64,000 nt of DNA from Fibrobacteria bacterium (GTDB lineage Bacteria; Fibrobacterota; Fibrobacteria; UBA11236; JADFYW01). The DNA lies in assembly GCA_050294405.1 (NCBI GenBank), contig JBNKOC010000016.1, forward strand, positions 224,001-288,000. The letters run 5' to 3'. How positions within the stretch are numbered: the first letter of the stretch is position 1; the number at the start of each line of letters is the position of its first letter. Made by a program: the position numbers and the translations under genes. Of this stretch, positions 37,789 to 47,239 are shown piece by piece. The notes beneath the pieces were generated by a model. The model was not told the DNA's origin. It was given only the letters and a program-made list of their open reading frames with translations, and ran no database searches.

Positions 37789-38794
37789 GGCTAAAATCCA
37801 CCCTGATGATGGGGGTCAGCGCCTGGATAGGTACGTTAAAAAGATTCTTCCAAGTTTAAGTGTTTCAAGGATTTATAACCTTATTCGAACTAAAGAAGTG
37901 AAGCTGGATGGCAAGCCTGCAAAAAAGGCAGACTATATTCAAGCTGGGCAAGAGCTCAGGGTGTATGGATTAAAAGAAGGAGAATTAAATAGCACTTCTC
38001 CCCAAAAAAATGTGTCCGTGTCCGGCGGTCAGATGTCCAAAATAAGCCCCTCCTCCATTAGCCAGGCCTTTTTATCTGACTTTGGGATTGCCTATGAAGA
38101 CGAAAATCTTTTGGTAGTAGAAAAACCTCCTGGCATTTCGGTGCAGCCCGGTTCTGGGGTTCCCCTCGGAGCTTCTCTGGTGGAACGGGCCCGGGTTTTT
38201 TTAAACCGTGGAAAAAAAACATCCGATTCCATTTTTAAACCCTCTTTAATCCATCGCATTGACAGAGACACTTCGGGCCTGGTGATGATAGCCAAAACAG
38301 GAAAAGCCCTGCGTTGGTGGACAGAACAGTGGAGGGCCCGAAAGGTGGAAAAATTTTATTTGGCCATCTGTTTGGGAACTCCTCCGGAAAAAGGAGTCAT
38401 TTCCCATGAACTGGAAAAAAAAGAGGCCGCCCACAAGGGCGGCAAAAGTCAGCTCGGCTCCAAGTCTTCAGGAACAAAATCAAAGTCGGCCCTAACCCAT
38501 TTTAAGCGTTTAAGTGTTTTCGGAAAATTAAGCTTGGTTCAGGTACAAATCCACACGGGAAGGATGCATCAAATTAGGGCTCATTTCGCAGCGGAGGGAT
38601 TTCCCTTGGCTGGAGATATTAAATACGGCAACTTTGGGGAAAACCGAAAGTTGTGGAAGTTGGGAGCTAAAAAAAGACTTTACCTCCACTCTCAAAGTTT
38701 AAAGGGAAAAGATTCTGAGGGAGTGGAACTCCTTTTGGAAAGTCCCATACCAGAGGCTTTTAAAAAATGTCTCGAATTTGGTCTCGGGCTTTAG
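37778..38794 (+). CDS. RluA-family pseudouridine synthase with S4 domain (RluC-like)
   Basis: GQRLDRY, KPPG, HRIDRDTSG, TGRMHQIRAH, GDIKYG, LYLH. Confidence 0.92.
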   Translation: MLFEAKIHPDDGGQRLDRYVKKILPSLSVSRIYNLIRTKEVKLDGKPAKKADYIQAGQELRVYGLKEGELNSTSPQKNVSVSGGQMSKISPSSISQAFLSDFGIAYEDENLLVVEKPPGISVQPGSGVPLGASLVERARVFLNRGKKTSDSIFKPSLIHRIDRDTSGLVMIAKTGKALRWWTEQWRARKVEKFYLAICLGTPPEKGVISHELEKKEAAHKGGKSQLGSKSSGTKSKSALTHFKRLSVFGKLSLVQVQIHTGRMHQIRAHFAAEGFPLAGDIKYGNFGENRKLWKLGAKKRLYLHSQSLKGKDSEGVELLLESPIPEAFKKCLEFGLGL

Positions 38795-38957
38795 CCGATA
38801 AAAAATTGGGTCCTGATTTGTTGCTAAATGGGAATTTTTAAAACACTCAGTTGCCCTAAAACCCAAAAAAATCAAGAGCCTCAAGGCTGCGAAAAAGTGA
38901 AATTGGGTCGTTCCCAAGCTGGGGGAGTTTATCTATTTTCTGGTCGGCGAGGAAAGA

Positions 38958-39827
38958 GTGAATTCCAAATTTAAGTATTTATACAAGCAGTTAATGGGGC
39001 AAGGCGTGGGTGAGCGATTAAAGCAAAATCCCCCTGCAAGCGAAATGGAATTTATGGCCCGCACCGCCGAAGACAATCATATTGTGGTTTTGAAAGCACT
39101 TATGGATGAGCTGATTTCCCATAAAGAGGCTCCCAGCGCGCCTTCTTGCCTTTCCATTTACCAACAGCACCACATTGATTTTCAGAATTTGTTGGTGGAT
39201 TTTCACAAGCGTCTGGCCGATTACATCAAAATCTGGACGGACCGGCTTCAAACCAAAACCATGCTTCCCACTTTAAAACAATACAACTGGATTGAAAACA
39301 GGGAAGGGCGTTGGTGTCTAGCAGGCACTGGAAGCCAGGATGATGCCAAAAACTTTTATCAGTTTATCGCCAAAGATATCGTGGCAGAAGGCGTGAGAAT
39401 TGTGGCTCTTTTTGATGGGGCCCTTAGCCGTTTGCAGGAGCGCATTGCCCGGGAATGGCATTTGCAGACCTCTGTGGACAACCATAGTAAATTGCTGCCT
39501 CTGGTAGAGGAAGCTTTGCGGGGCAAGGAAATGAATGAGTTTAAGGAAATCCGCCGCAAATTGCCCGAGCTTTTCCACAAGGCATTTGTTCGGGAAGTTA
39601 AGTTAGACTTTCAAAACTCTTACGCCAGCGATGTGGAATGTTATCGTCGTGCGGCGCATGTATGGTACAAACCCTATCATTACGACAACGGTATAGAAGG
39701 CTTTATGCATTTTAATGCCGATTTTATTTGGGAATTTATTCAACTAAAAGTAAACCTTTTTGAAAACAAATGGAGAGTGCTCTTGCGGGGAATTGAAAGC
39801 TCGCAAAAGGCTCAGCCACAAACTTAA
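38958..39827 (+). CDS. Hypothetical alpha-helical protein, possibly remote DUF3348 (ZorF-like)
   Basis: First gene of a tight three-gene operon; C-terminal helices resemble DUF3348 pattern by eye. Confidence 0.55.
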   Translation: MNSKFKYLYKQLMGQGVGERLKQNPPASEMEFMARTAEDNHIVVLKALMDELISHKEAPSAPSCLSIYQQHHIDFQNLLVDFHKRLADYIKIWTDRLQTKTMLPTLKQYNWIENREGRWCLAGTGSQDDAKNFYQFIAKDIVAEGVRIVALFDGALSRLQERIAREWHLQTSVDNHSKLLPLVEEALRGKEMNEFKEIRRKLPELFHKAFVREVKLDFQNSYASDVECYRRAAHVWYKPYHYDNGIEGFMHFNADFIWEFIQLKVNLFENKWRVLLRGIESSQKAQPQT

Positions 39828-39838
39828 GGAACCGATTC

Positions 39839-41518
39839 ATGTCAGCACAAGCTAAAGGAAACACAGGAAAAGCAGTTAGTATTTGGGCCACCATTTTTAT
39901 AATAGTGGCTGTTGTGGGAATGTTGGGGAGTCTGCCTGTGGAGCATCCTACACCTATGTTGTATTTGGCGGTTATCGGATTGGGCGGCGCATTTGTATCT
40001 TTAATTTGGAACATCAGCGGCCATAAAGATGAAACCAGCCCACTGGTTACTCAGGGTGAAAAATCAAACGAAGCCTTAAAGCATATTCTGGCAGAGTTAA
40101 AAAGCGAAAAACCAAGCTCCACTTTAAATCATATTCTAGCGGAACTTAAATCCCAGAAAACAGAACAGGAAAAATTGCAGGCAGCGTTAAAAGAATTGAC
40201 TAATGCCCAAAAAGAAAACCTGGGGTTACTGGCAAACAAGCAGAGCGAAGAGCTTGAAAAACTGGGAAATAAAATTGGAGAAAATTTTGCTGGCTTGGAT
40301 AAACTGGGGGAAAAAATCAGCGAAGGTTTCCGTGGTCTGGAACAGGGCCAAGCTGAATCATTGGAAAAAATGATTGGCAAATTGGAACAAGGCCAAAGGG
40401 AGTCCTTGGAACAAGTGGTTGGACAAATGACTCAGGGCCAGCAAGTTTCATTAGATAACATTGCCGGTAAATTTGAGGAAAATCAGGCTGGATTAAAAGA
40501 GGCTCTGGTTTCTTTGGCGAACCAAAATAAAGAATCCCTAAACGAACTGGGAAATTCTTTTAGGGAAAACTCTCAGGCGCAACTGCAAAAGCTTTCTGAA
40601 TTTTCAAATAACGATTCCGGCCAACTTGCCGAAGAAATTCGCAACCTGGCCAATGGCATTCACGAACAATTACAAATGGCAAGTGGAGCCAGCCAGAGCC
40701 GAATTCAGGAAATGGCTGAGAGCATGAAGCTATCCATTCAGGAACTAGGTCAAAAACTAATGGAAAATGGAAGTGAGTCCACTCAAGAAGCTTTGAGCGA
40801 GGCTATGTCTTCTTTTAGTGAAAATATTTCTCAATCCCTTAACGAACTTAAAGGCACAATCAATCAATTGGCGGAAGGGTTGCAAAATCAGCAGGGCTCC
40901 ATGTTAGAGAACCTTGCCGCACAATCCGAGCAAATTGTGGATGAATTAAAAAATCAGGGAGAATTGGACCGGGAAGAAATAAAGAGCCTGGCCTTATCTT
41001 CAGATAGCGCCTCTGGCGATAGTAGCATGTTGTCCAACTCTATCGATAATTTGGGTAGCCGTTTGGAAGAAATGTTATCCCAAGGCAGGGAAGAAATGGC
41101 GGCTCTTATGGAAGGGCAAAAAGAATTGCAGGAATTGCTGAAAAACCAGGTGGAGCCTATGGCCGAATCCCAGGGTCAAAATTTTGCCGCGGCAGTGGAA
41201 AAATTAGCGGGAGTTTCCGAAGGTTTGGCCAATGCCGGAAAACTATTGGAAGAGGCCAGCACCATCCAGCATTTAAATCAAAGTTCCCTGCAAGCGGGAA
41301 TTGAAATGTTAAACACATCTCTTTTGGATATTATGGAAAAGCTGGATTCGGGCCATAAGCAATCGGAAGAACAAAACGAATTTATTGAAAAACTTTATAA
41401 AACTTTAGAGGCCTTCCACGAAAAGGCAACTGAAATTTTAATTGAAAACAGTTTAAAAACCAGGGAAGTTCTGTTACATGGGCTTCCAGATACATCTAAC
41501 CCCACTTTAGATTTATAA
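39839..41518 (+). CDS. Membrane-anchored long coiled-coil protein, DUF802/ZorA-type-III-like tail
   Basis: Two N-terminal TM helices, about 480-aa helical repeat tail, C-terminus LEAFHEKATEILIENSLKTREVL. Confidence 0.6.
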   Translation: MSAQAKGNTGKAVSIWATIFIIVAVVGMLGSLPVEHPTPMLYLAVIGLGGAFVSLIWNISGHKDETSPLVTQGEKSNEALKHILAELKSEKPSSTLNHILAELKSQKTEQEKLQAALKELTNAQKENLGLLANKQSEELEKLGNKIGENFAGLDKLGEKISEGFRGLEQGQAESLEKMIGKLEQGQRESLEQVVGQMTQGQQVSLDNIAGKFEENQAGLKEALVSLANQNKESLNELGNSFRENSQAQLQKLSEFSNNDSGQLAEEIRNLANGIHEQLQMASGASQSRIQEMAESMKLSIQELGQKLMENGSESTQEALSEAMSSFSENISQSLNELKGTINQLAEGLQNQQGSMLENLAAQSEQIVDELKNQGELDREEIKSLALSSDSASGDSSMLSNSIDNLGSRLEEMLSQGREEMAALMEGQKELQELLKNQVEPMAESQGQNFAAAVEKLAGVSEGLANAGKLLEEASTIQHLNQSSLQAGIEMLNTSLLDIMEKLDSGHKQSEEQNEFIEKLYKTLEAFHEKATEILIENSLKTREVLLHGLPDTSNPTLDL

Positions 41519-41521
41519 GCT

Positions 41522-42187
41522 ATGGAATTTTTTTCACAGGACTGGCCTGGGTTAAACAAGCGAATAAAAGAGTCGGAGCTTTCCCAGTTCCGAAAAAATT
41601 ATTTGCTGACCTTGGCAACTCATGGCAGGGAGTTTGAAATTTGCGGCCATTTAAAAGCTGCCAAAGCTCAGTTTGAAAAAATTGAAAAACAGCTGGAAGA
41701 AAAATCCAGAAAATTAAAAGCCAAAGTTCCCGAAGGGGAGTTTGATTTTAATAAAGTGGAAGAAAATTATTTCCGCCATAGTCTTGATGATATTATGCAT
41801 GTGTTAAAAGAAGATGGGGTGGAAATTCCCAAAGGGGAAAAACAACTTTTGCGGGAGCAGGTTCAAAAATTAGAGAGCCAAAACTTGATTCCCCAACCAA
41901 AAACCACCCATGTGGCCCACAAAAAATTTTCCACCATTCAAAGAGACAGGTTGCATTCCTTAAGGCTTACTCTCTTAAATAAAGTAACTCGCTATAAGGT
42001 ATTTTCCAAACGTCCCCACGACAAAACTTTTGTGGAAACAGCGGGCTTTCCCGATGTGGTGGGCACATACAATACCCGCTATAATATATGCGAGGCCCTG
42101 GATATGCTGCAAAAATCCGATGCCATTTTGGTGGAGGATTTGAAGGAGCATTATTCTCAGGTTGCCTCACTATCCAGCCTCTTCTAA
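41522..42187 (+). CDS. Hypothetical protein, DUF2894 (ZorG)-like
   Basis: C-terminal GTYNTRYNICEALDMLQK...YSQVASL resembles DUF2894 G.LNS....AL..M......Y......L. Confidence 0.55.
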   Translation: MEFFSQDWPGLNKRIKESELSQFRKNYLLTLATHGREFEICGHLKAAKAQFEKIEKQLEEKSRKLKAKVPEGEFDFNKVEENYFRHSLDDIMHVLKEDGVEIPKGEKQLLREQVQKLESQNLIPQPKTTHVAHKKFSTIQRDRLHSLRLTLLNKVTRYKVFSKRPHDKTFVETAGFPDVVGTYNTRYNICEALDMLQKSDAILVEDLKEHYSQVASLSSLF

Positions 42188-42313
42188 GAATTTTCTTTTT
42201 AAAGGAAGACTTCTGCGTTATCGCGGCAGCCTTGTTCCTCGACGTACATTTGTGTACGCCTGCGGACCAACCTCCCGCTCCGCCTTGAATTCTCCTCTTT
42301 AAAAAGAAAATTC
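42188..42313. repeat. Long palindromic (REP/MITE-like) element
   Basis: Perfect 17-bp terminal IR GAATTTTCTTTTTAAAG/CTTTAAAAAGAAAATTC; inner CTGCGTT...CGTACA-TTTG-TGTACG...CGCCTTG. Confidence 0.8.
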
Positions 42314-42323
42314 ACTTCGTGTG

Positions 42324-42488
42324 GTGATTTAGGCGCATAGCTTCGTTCTCGGGTTTGCGCCGACCTCAATGTACACATAGTACATTTTTGCCCTTCACAA
42401 ATCCTGCGGCCTTACTCTGCATCCCCTAAGATCAATTTTTATTTTGCCAAGTTTCTGCGTTGTTACGGCAGCCTTGTTCCTTGATGTA
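42324..42488. repeat. Degenerate and truncated additional copies of the palindromic element
   Basis: AATGTAC-ACATA-GTACATT core; TTCTGCGTTGTTACGGCAGCCTTGTTCCTTGATGTA is near-identical to 42211-42246. Confidence 0.65.
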
Positions 42489-42577
42489 AAAGTTAGGCCT
42501 ATCAACTTTTGTCCAGGCTTTTAATTGTGCAAAATCTTTTGCATATTTAAGTTTTTGACTCGGCTTTAAAAAATACT

Positions 42578-43399
42578 ATGGCTTTTAACTGGCTTAAATT
42601 TTTATTCCTAATTGCTCTTTTTATGGGATCACCAAATCTATTCTGTGGAGAGTTAGAAGAGTTTGAAGAGAATGCCACTGGAGACTCTGAAGAAAATGAT
42701 GATGAGAATTCAGGGAGCTCTGCTGAAGAGGAATATAATGATGTTGATGATGACTCCGAAAGTTCAAGTTTTGGAGAAGCAATGGCCGAAATTTTTTTCC
42801 GCATAATTGGCCACTTTTTTGTGACGGGGGGGAAGTACAGTTTTGCCAGAATGGGTGCTTTGTCCGATTCAACCGTGTTGGATATGGATTACCCTGTAAA
42901 ACCCAGAAATGTAGGCGACTATTTATTGCCTTTTTTTCAAGCTGATTTGTCCGGCGGAGTTGTGAATAGGGATATCGCATCCATAAAGTTTTATCTGGAG
43001 TCCGGATATGGTCCTCTCGGCGCCCAGGCTTCCCATGTATTTTTATTTGAAAACAAAACTAAGGATAAACTTTTTTTAAACTCTGTTTCGGGATTATGGA
43101 GAATGTCCTTTGGAAACTATTTTGTCTTGGGTTTTGGTATGGGGGCCAGTCAATTGGTGGGAAGAAGGGAATCTCTAGGGTTAAATTTTACCTTTCCTGC
43201 GAAAATTTCTTTTCCTAATAACTGGATTATCTATTACCGGCCCATATTCAGCTTTTTTGAAAACGGCTCAGCCTCGGAATATAACTTTGGATTTGGATAT
43301 TCATTTTCCCGAACATCCATTTCTTTAGGATATCAAAGTTACATGGCCGGAAGTTCTGAGCTGCGCGGTATACAACTAGGGTATTTTATCCATTATTAA
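42578..43399 (+). CDS. Hypothetical exported/outer-membrane protein with acidic low-complexity N-terminus
   Basis: Signal peptide, E/D/S-rich tract, beta-strand-like C-half ending in aromatic Tyr. Confidence 0.65.
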   Translation: MAFNWLKFLFLIALFMGSPNLFCGELEEFEENATGDSEENDDENSGSSAEEEYNDVDDDSESSSFGEAMAEIFFRIIGHFFVTGGKYSFARMGALSDSTVLDMDYPVKPRNVGDYLLPFFQADLSGGVVNRDIASIKFYLESGYGPLGAQASHVFLFENKTKDKLFLNSVSGLWRMSFGNYFVLGFGMGASQLVGRRESLGLNFTFPAKISFPNNWIIYYRPIFSFFENGSASEYNFGFGYSFSRTSISLGYQSYMAGSSELRGIQLGYFIHY

Positions 43400-43507
43400 A
43401 TTCTGTTAAAAAATTCCGGAGACTTACACTGGTTGAGATTTAAGGGAGAATAGTTCTGTTTTGCAGACCCTGTCTGATGCGGGTGCATCTATTTTTAAGA
43501 GTTTACG

Positions 43508-44020
43508 TCATACCACCCCGTATTTTTCTCTTAACATCCGAAAATGATGCCGCTCGTGCGCAATGGCGTAATAGAAAAATTCGTAAACGGAAATTTCAAA
43601 GCCGTTGGCAATCCCTTTACAGCTATATTGCGGCTCAGGAATAAGCAGGGCATGGTTTAAAAAGGAATCGGCAGAACTGAGGTACAGTTTTTTAACTATT
43701 TCAAAAGAAAGGTTTTCTCGCTCCGATTTATTTCCCCACAAGTTTTCGTCTGCCCCGGGAATATTTATAAAATCCTGTTTGGCAATGTTTAACATTCGAT
43801 ACATCAACAAAATATGGCAATCTGCCAGGTGGCCGATAACTTCCTTGACACTCCATTTGCCAGCAGCATAACATACATTTTGAAAATTATCGGCTATTTG
43901 ACGAACCCAGCGTTTTGAAAAATCGAAATGTTTTTCCAAATCTTTGCGAGGGCTTATTTCAACCACTCTATCTGGCTTTAATATTTGATAATATTCTGTC
44001 TCCGCGTATTTTACTATCAA
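43508..44020 (-). CDS. DinB family protein
   Basis: YAAGKWSVKEVIGHLAD, HERHH. Confidence 0.88.
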   Translation of the reverse strand: MIVKYAETEYYQILKPDRVVEISPRKDLEKHFDFSKRWVRQIADNFQNVCYAAGKWSVKEVIGHLADCHILLMYRMLNIAKQDFINIPGADENLWGNKSERENLSFEIVKKLYLSSADSFLNHALLIPEPQYSCKGIANGFEISVYEFFYYAIAHERHHFRMLREKYGVV

Positions 44021-44430
44021 TTTTTCTCCACATAATTTTTAAAATTATTAAGAATAGCCTGCCAGCCTTGTTTCTGCATTTCGGGACTGTTTTCCTCTTC
44101 GGCATCAAATTCCGTTGTTACTATTGTGCTGCCATTGCTGCCTTCAAAAAGAGTGGTAACTTTTCTTCCATCTCCCAAGCTGTAGGAAATTTTTTCATTC
44201 TCAACGACTTCACTATATATGGCTTCAAAATCAAAGCCAAAACTCCCGTCTTTTGCCTCCATTCGAGATTTTAACTTCCCACCCACTTTTAAATCATTTT
44301 CTGCTTTGGGGCAATGCCAGTCAGGAGCGGCAAAATTCCATTGGGTAATATGCTGGGGGGAATTCATATATTCCCAAACTTTTTGGACAGGAGCATTTAC
44401 CTGGGCTTCAATCTTAATTTGAACTGTCAT
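44017..44430 (-). CDS. SRPBCC/AHSA1 family protein
   Basis: APVQKVW, WNFAAPDWHCP, DLKVGG, RMEAKDGSFGFDF, QGWQAIL. Confidence 0.92.
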   Translation of the reverse strand: MTVQIKIEAQVNAPVQKVWEYMNSPQHITQWNFAAPDWHCPKAENDLKVGGKLKSRMEAKDGSFGFDFEAIYSEVVENEKISYSLGDGRKVTTLFEGSNGSTIVTTEFDAEEENSPEMQKQGWQAILNNFKNYVEKN

Positions 44431-44525
44431 ATTAAATTTCCTTTTTATTATTGATCTGTTTTTTTTCCCACATGTTACCTAAAGAAAGGTAAACATAGTA
44501 GCCACATCTGATATCCGGACAACCA

Positions 44526-45014
44526 TTAAACGGTAGTTGATGCTGCAAAAAGCTCGTCCAGATTCCCAAGGGCCATTGTGAACCCTTCTTTAAAGCCCAT
44601 TCCTATTATTTTTTCCAGATCTTCGAGTTTTTCATATTGTATTTCAATGGTGACAACAGTTTTGGAGCCTTGTTCTTCAAAATTCACGTTCCACTTTTGA
44701 CGGGGAAAATCCATGTTTATATTACCCTCGGCATTGCAAAAAGCATCTAGCCCGGAAAAACTTTTTTGAGGAATAACTTCAGAATAATCCGCCCGGCAAT
44801 AATGAGCATCGCCCTCGGGACTCAGCATTTTATAGCTCCAATACCCACCTGTGGAGAAGTCAATACCCAATGTTACTGTCTGATAGGGTTTTGGCGCCCA
44901 CCATTTATCAAGAATTTCCTTTTGGGTCCAGGCATCCCATACCTGCGATAAAGGCGCGGCGAATTCCCTTACCACCTGCACCTTGCAATTTTTTTTGTCC
45001 ACATTGAATTCCAT
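44526..45014 (-). CDS. SRPBCC/AHSA1 family protein
   Basis: REFAAPLSQVWDAWT, WWAPKP, GFKEGF. Confidence 0.92.
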   Translation of the reverse strand: MEFNVDKKNCKVQVVREFAAPLSQVWDAWTQKEILDKWWAPKPYQTVTLGIDFSTGGYWSYKMLSPEGDAHYCRADYSEVIPQKSFSGLDAFCNAEGNINMDFPRQKWNVNFEEQGSKTVVTIEIQYEKLEDLEKIIGMGFKEGFTMALGNLDELFAASTTV

Positions 45015-45017
45015 AAT

Positions 45018-45398
45018 TTAAACACTCCGGTTTCTTTTGAGATTGTTTTCAGCCAATAATTTGTCCAACTGGTTAAAGCGGCTGTTCCATACCGACTTAA
45101 ATTGCTTTAGCCATGTATCCACTTCTTTTAGTTTCTCGCCCTGAATTTGATAATGTATTTGCCTGCCAATGGGGTGGGGTTCCACTAACTCGCAATCTGC
45201 CAGATATTTTATGTGTTTAGAGACGGCTTGACGGCTGATTTTAAAATTTCCAGCAACATCCTTCGGCGTAAGAGGCCCCAATACAAGCAATACCAATATT
45301 TCTCTTCGGGTAGGGTCCGCCAGAGCTTCAAATACATCTCGTTTCAAATGATTCTGTTTCCTCAATTTAAGGGTTAATTCCTCTGGTCTTTCATCCAT
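45018..45398 (-). CDS. ArsR/SmtB family transcriptional regulator
   Basis: DVFEALADPTRREIL, ISRQAVSKHI, W...F...W...FNQLD; start 45398 (ATG) or 45347 (TTG). Confidence 0.9.
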   Translation of the reverse strand: MDERPEELTLKLRKQNHLKRDVFEALADPTRREILVLLVLGPLTPKDVAGNFKISRQAVSKHIKYLADCELVEPHPIGRQIHYQIQGEKLKEVDTWLKQFKSVWNSRFNQLDKLLAENNLKRNRSV

Positions 45399-45412
45399 TC
45401 CTGAGAAAAAAT

Positions 45413-45428
45413 GCAACCATTTGGTTGC
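45413..45428. promoter_or_regulatory. Probable ArsR operator GCAACC-ATTT-GGTTGC
   Basis: Inverted repeat immediately upstream of the ArsR-SRPBCC operon. Confidence 0.7.
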
Positions 45429-45481
45429 GAATATAAATACAAGATAAAACCCTGGCAACAGGGGTGATCTGGAAGGGGGGG

Positions 45482-46240
45482 TTATTTTCCTTTGCCGGTG
45501 GCCACGGTCAGTCCCGTAAAAATGCCGGAAACGCCGTCAAATTGGGAGCCAATATCCAGGCCATTTTCCTTAATAACGTATTCTCGGATTTCCTTTTCGT
45601 GGTTGCTTCCGCGCATTTTTAAAATCATAAGCCCTCTTTTAATTTCGGACTTCATTTCTAAATAGCGCATAATAACATAGCAGTCCACAATAAAAGGGAT
45701 TTTGTTGGCGCTGATATCCCAGCCGCCCAAAATGTTTCGATTTTCTTTTAAAAGAAGAGTGGTCAATTCTTCCCGTTTGAAAAAGTTTACCACATCTGTT
45801 TCCAGCTTGCGCAAATCTCCAATGTCGCCAGCCAGTTTTTCCAGATTTGTGACACTATCCAACAAAGCCCTTTTGATTCCTTTGTCTTCGATAATTTGCA
45901 CTAGCGGGCTTTCGTCTTCGTTAACCATGTCCGCAAATTCAGAGGGAGTGGTGAAAATGACTTCCAACAAGCCTTCGTTTTCCATAGCCCGTAGATCCCA
46001 GCCTAACTCTAAAGCGCAGTCGTAATATTGTTCGGGAAATTCTTCAAAAGTAACAATAAGCCCGGCCTCTCCCTTTTTCATGCCTTCCATTAAAAACTGG
46101 CAACCCAGGGTGGTTTTTCCCGTTCCGGCAGCGCCCTCCACTAAAACTGCGGAACCAGGCAGAAAGCCGCCATTTAACATCTTGTCAAATTCGCTGCTTC
46201 CTGTTTTTATGCGTGTTTCTGTGGCTGCGTTGCTAGACAT
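45482..46240 (-). CDS. Single-domain KaiC-like RecA-superfamily ATPase
   Basis: RIKTG...DKMLNGG, Walker A GAAGTGKT, TFEE, LLDS, KMRGSNH. Confidence 0.9.
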   Translation of the reverse strand: MSSNAATETRIKTGSSEFDKMLNGGFLPGSAVLVEGAAGTGKTTLGCQFLMEGMKKGEAGLIVTFEEFPEQYYDCALELGWDLRAMENEGLLEVIFTTPSEFADMVNEDESPLVQIIEDKGIKRALLDSVTNLEKLAGDIGDLRKLETDVVNFFKREELTTLLLKENRNILGGWDISANKIPFIVDCYVIMRYLEMKSEIKRGLMILKMRGSNHEKEIREYVIKENGLDIGSQFDGVSGIFTGLTVATGKGK

Positions 46241-46265
46241 GAGACTCCTCTTCGTTTATAAAGCA

Positions 46266-47231
46266 TTATAACAAACGGGCAAACTGCAATTCAATTTCAT
46301 ATTCCTGATTATAAACACCCTGCTTTAAGTCTGCCTCCATTTGAGACAAATAAGCCAAAGATCTTTTTAATCTGGAAATGGATCGGTTTTTTGCCTGTTC
46401 CATAAATTTTTCTTTTTTAAATATAAAATCATTGATGCGTAACTCTTCAGGAATTTTTTGCAGCATCACCCCGCGGTCCAGCCGTTCCCGAATTTTTAAC
46501 AGACGCAAAAAATGATTAAACAACTGGATGCAAATCATTATAGGGGCTTCTCCCTGTTCCAACATCCTGGTAATGCCGGTTAGAGCGGGGCCTTTCAGGC
46601 CCAATCCAAAGTTTTTTTGGATTTCAAAAATGTGCGCATCCCTATGAGATAGAGTGAGTTCATGGATTTTATCCGAACTAATGGGTTCGTTTTTGGGAAT
46701 GTAATTGTCCAGCTTTTCCAGTTCCAAATCTATTTCCTGGGTGTTGTCTCCAATGTATTCCCAAAGCATATATGCATCGTTCATGGAAAGCTTGCGCTGG
46801 TATTTTTCTCTGGCTCGTTGCACTATCCAGGCTGGAATTTTATTGGAATAGGGAAGTTTAAATTCCTGCACCAACCCTTTTTCCTTAAAAAACTTTCGAA
46901 GAGCCGAACGGGCATCCCATTTTTCGGCGGCTACAAAAACGGCGGTGCTTTCGTTGGGAATTTCAAAAATGGGCAAAAGCTTTTTTTGCGTGTTGATATC
47001 CACATTTTCAAAATCCCGAAGCACCAGGGCTTTTTTGCTGGCAAACATGGACACGGTTTGAAAGGCTGATTCTATCTTTTCCTGGGAAATATCCGAGCCG
47101 AAATACACATCTTTGCACATGGGATCGGAGGCATCCTCTCCCAACCAGGAGTTGATGGTGCTCTCCAGTTTATCCCGGATTAAAAGTTTATCGTTGCCTA
47201 TAAAAGCAAAAAAGGGAAGGGACTGGCTCAA
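46266..47231 (-). CDS. holA: DNA polymerase III delta subunit
   Basis: SMFASKK, ELEKL, IFE, helical C-terminal domain with ADLKQG; 321 aa. Confidence 0.85.
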   Translation of the reverse strand: MSQSLPFFAFIGNDKLLIRDKLESTINSWLGEDASDPMCKDVYFGSDISQEKIESAFQTVSMFASKKALVLRDFENVDINTQKKLLPIFEIPNESTAVFVAAEKWDARSALRKFFKEKGLVQEFKLPYSNKIPAWIVQRAREKYQRKLSMNDAYMLWEYIGDNTQEIDLELEKLDNYIPKNEPISSDKIHELTLSHRDAHIFEIQKNFGLGLKGPALTGITRMLEQGEAPIMICIQLFNHFLRLLKIRERLDRGVMLQKIPEELRINDFIFKKEKFMEQAKNRSISRLKRSLAYLSQMEADLKQGVYNQEYEIELQFARLL

Positions 47232-47239
47232 GGGGTTCC

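Noticed and set aside
42188..42488. Possible CRISPR array
   Set aside because: Units are long, divergent palindromes with no constant repeat/spacer period; no cas genes
45482..46240. Circadian clock locus
   Set aside because: Single domain, no ST phosphosites, no kaiA/kaiB in the window
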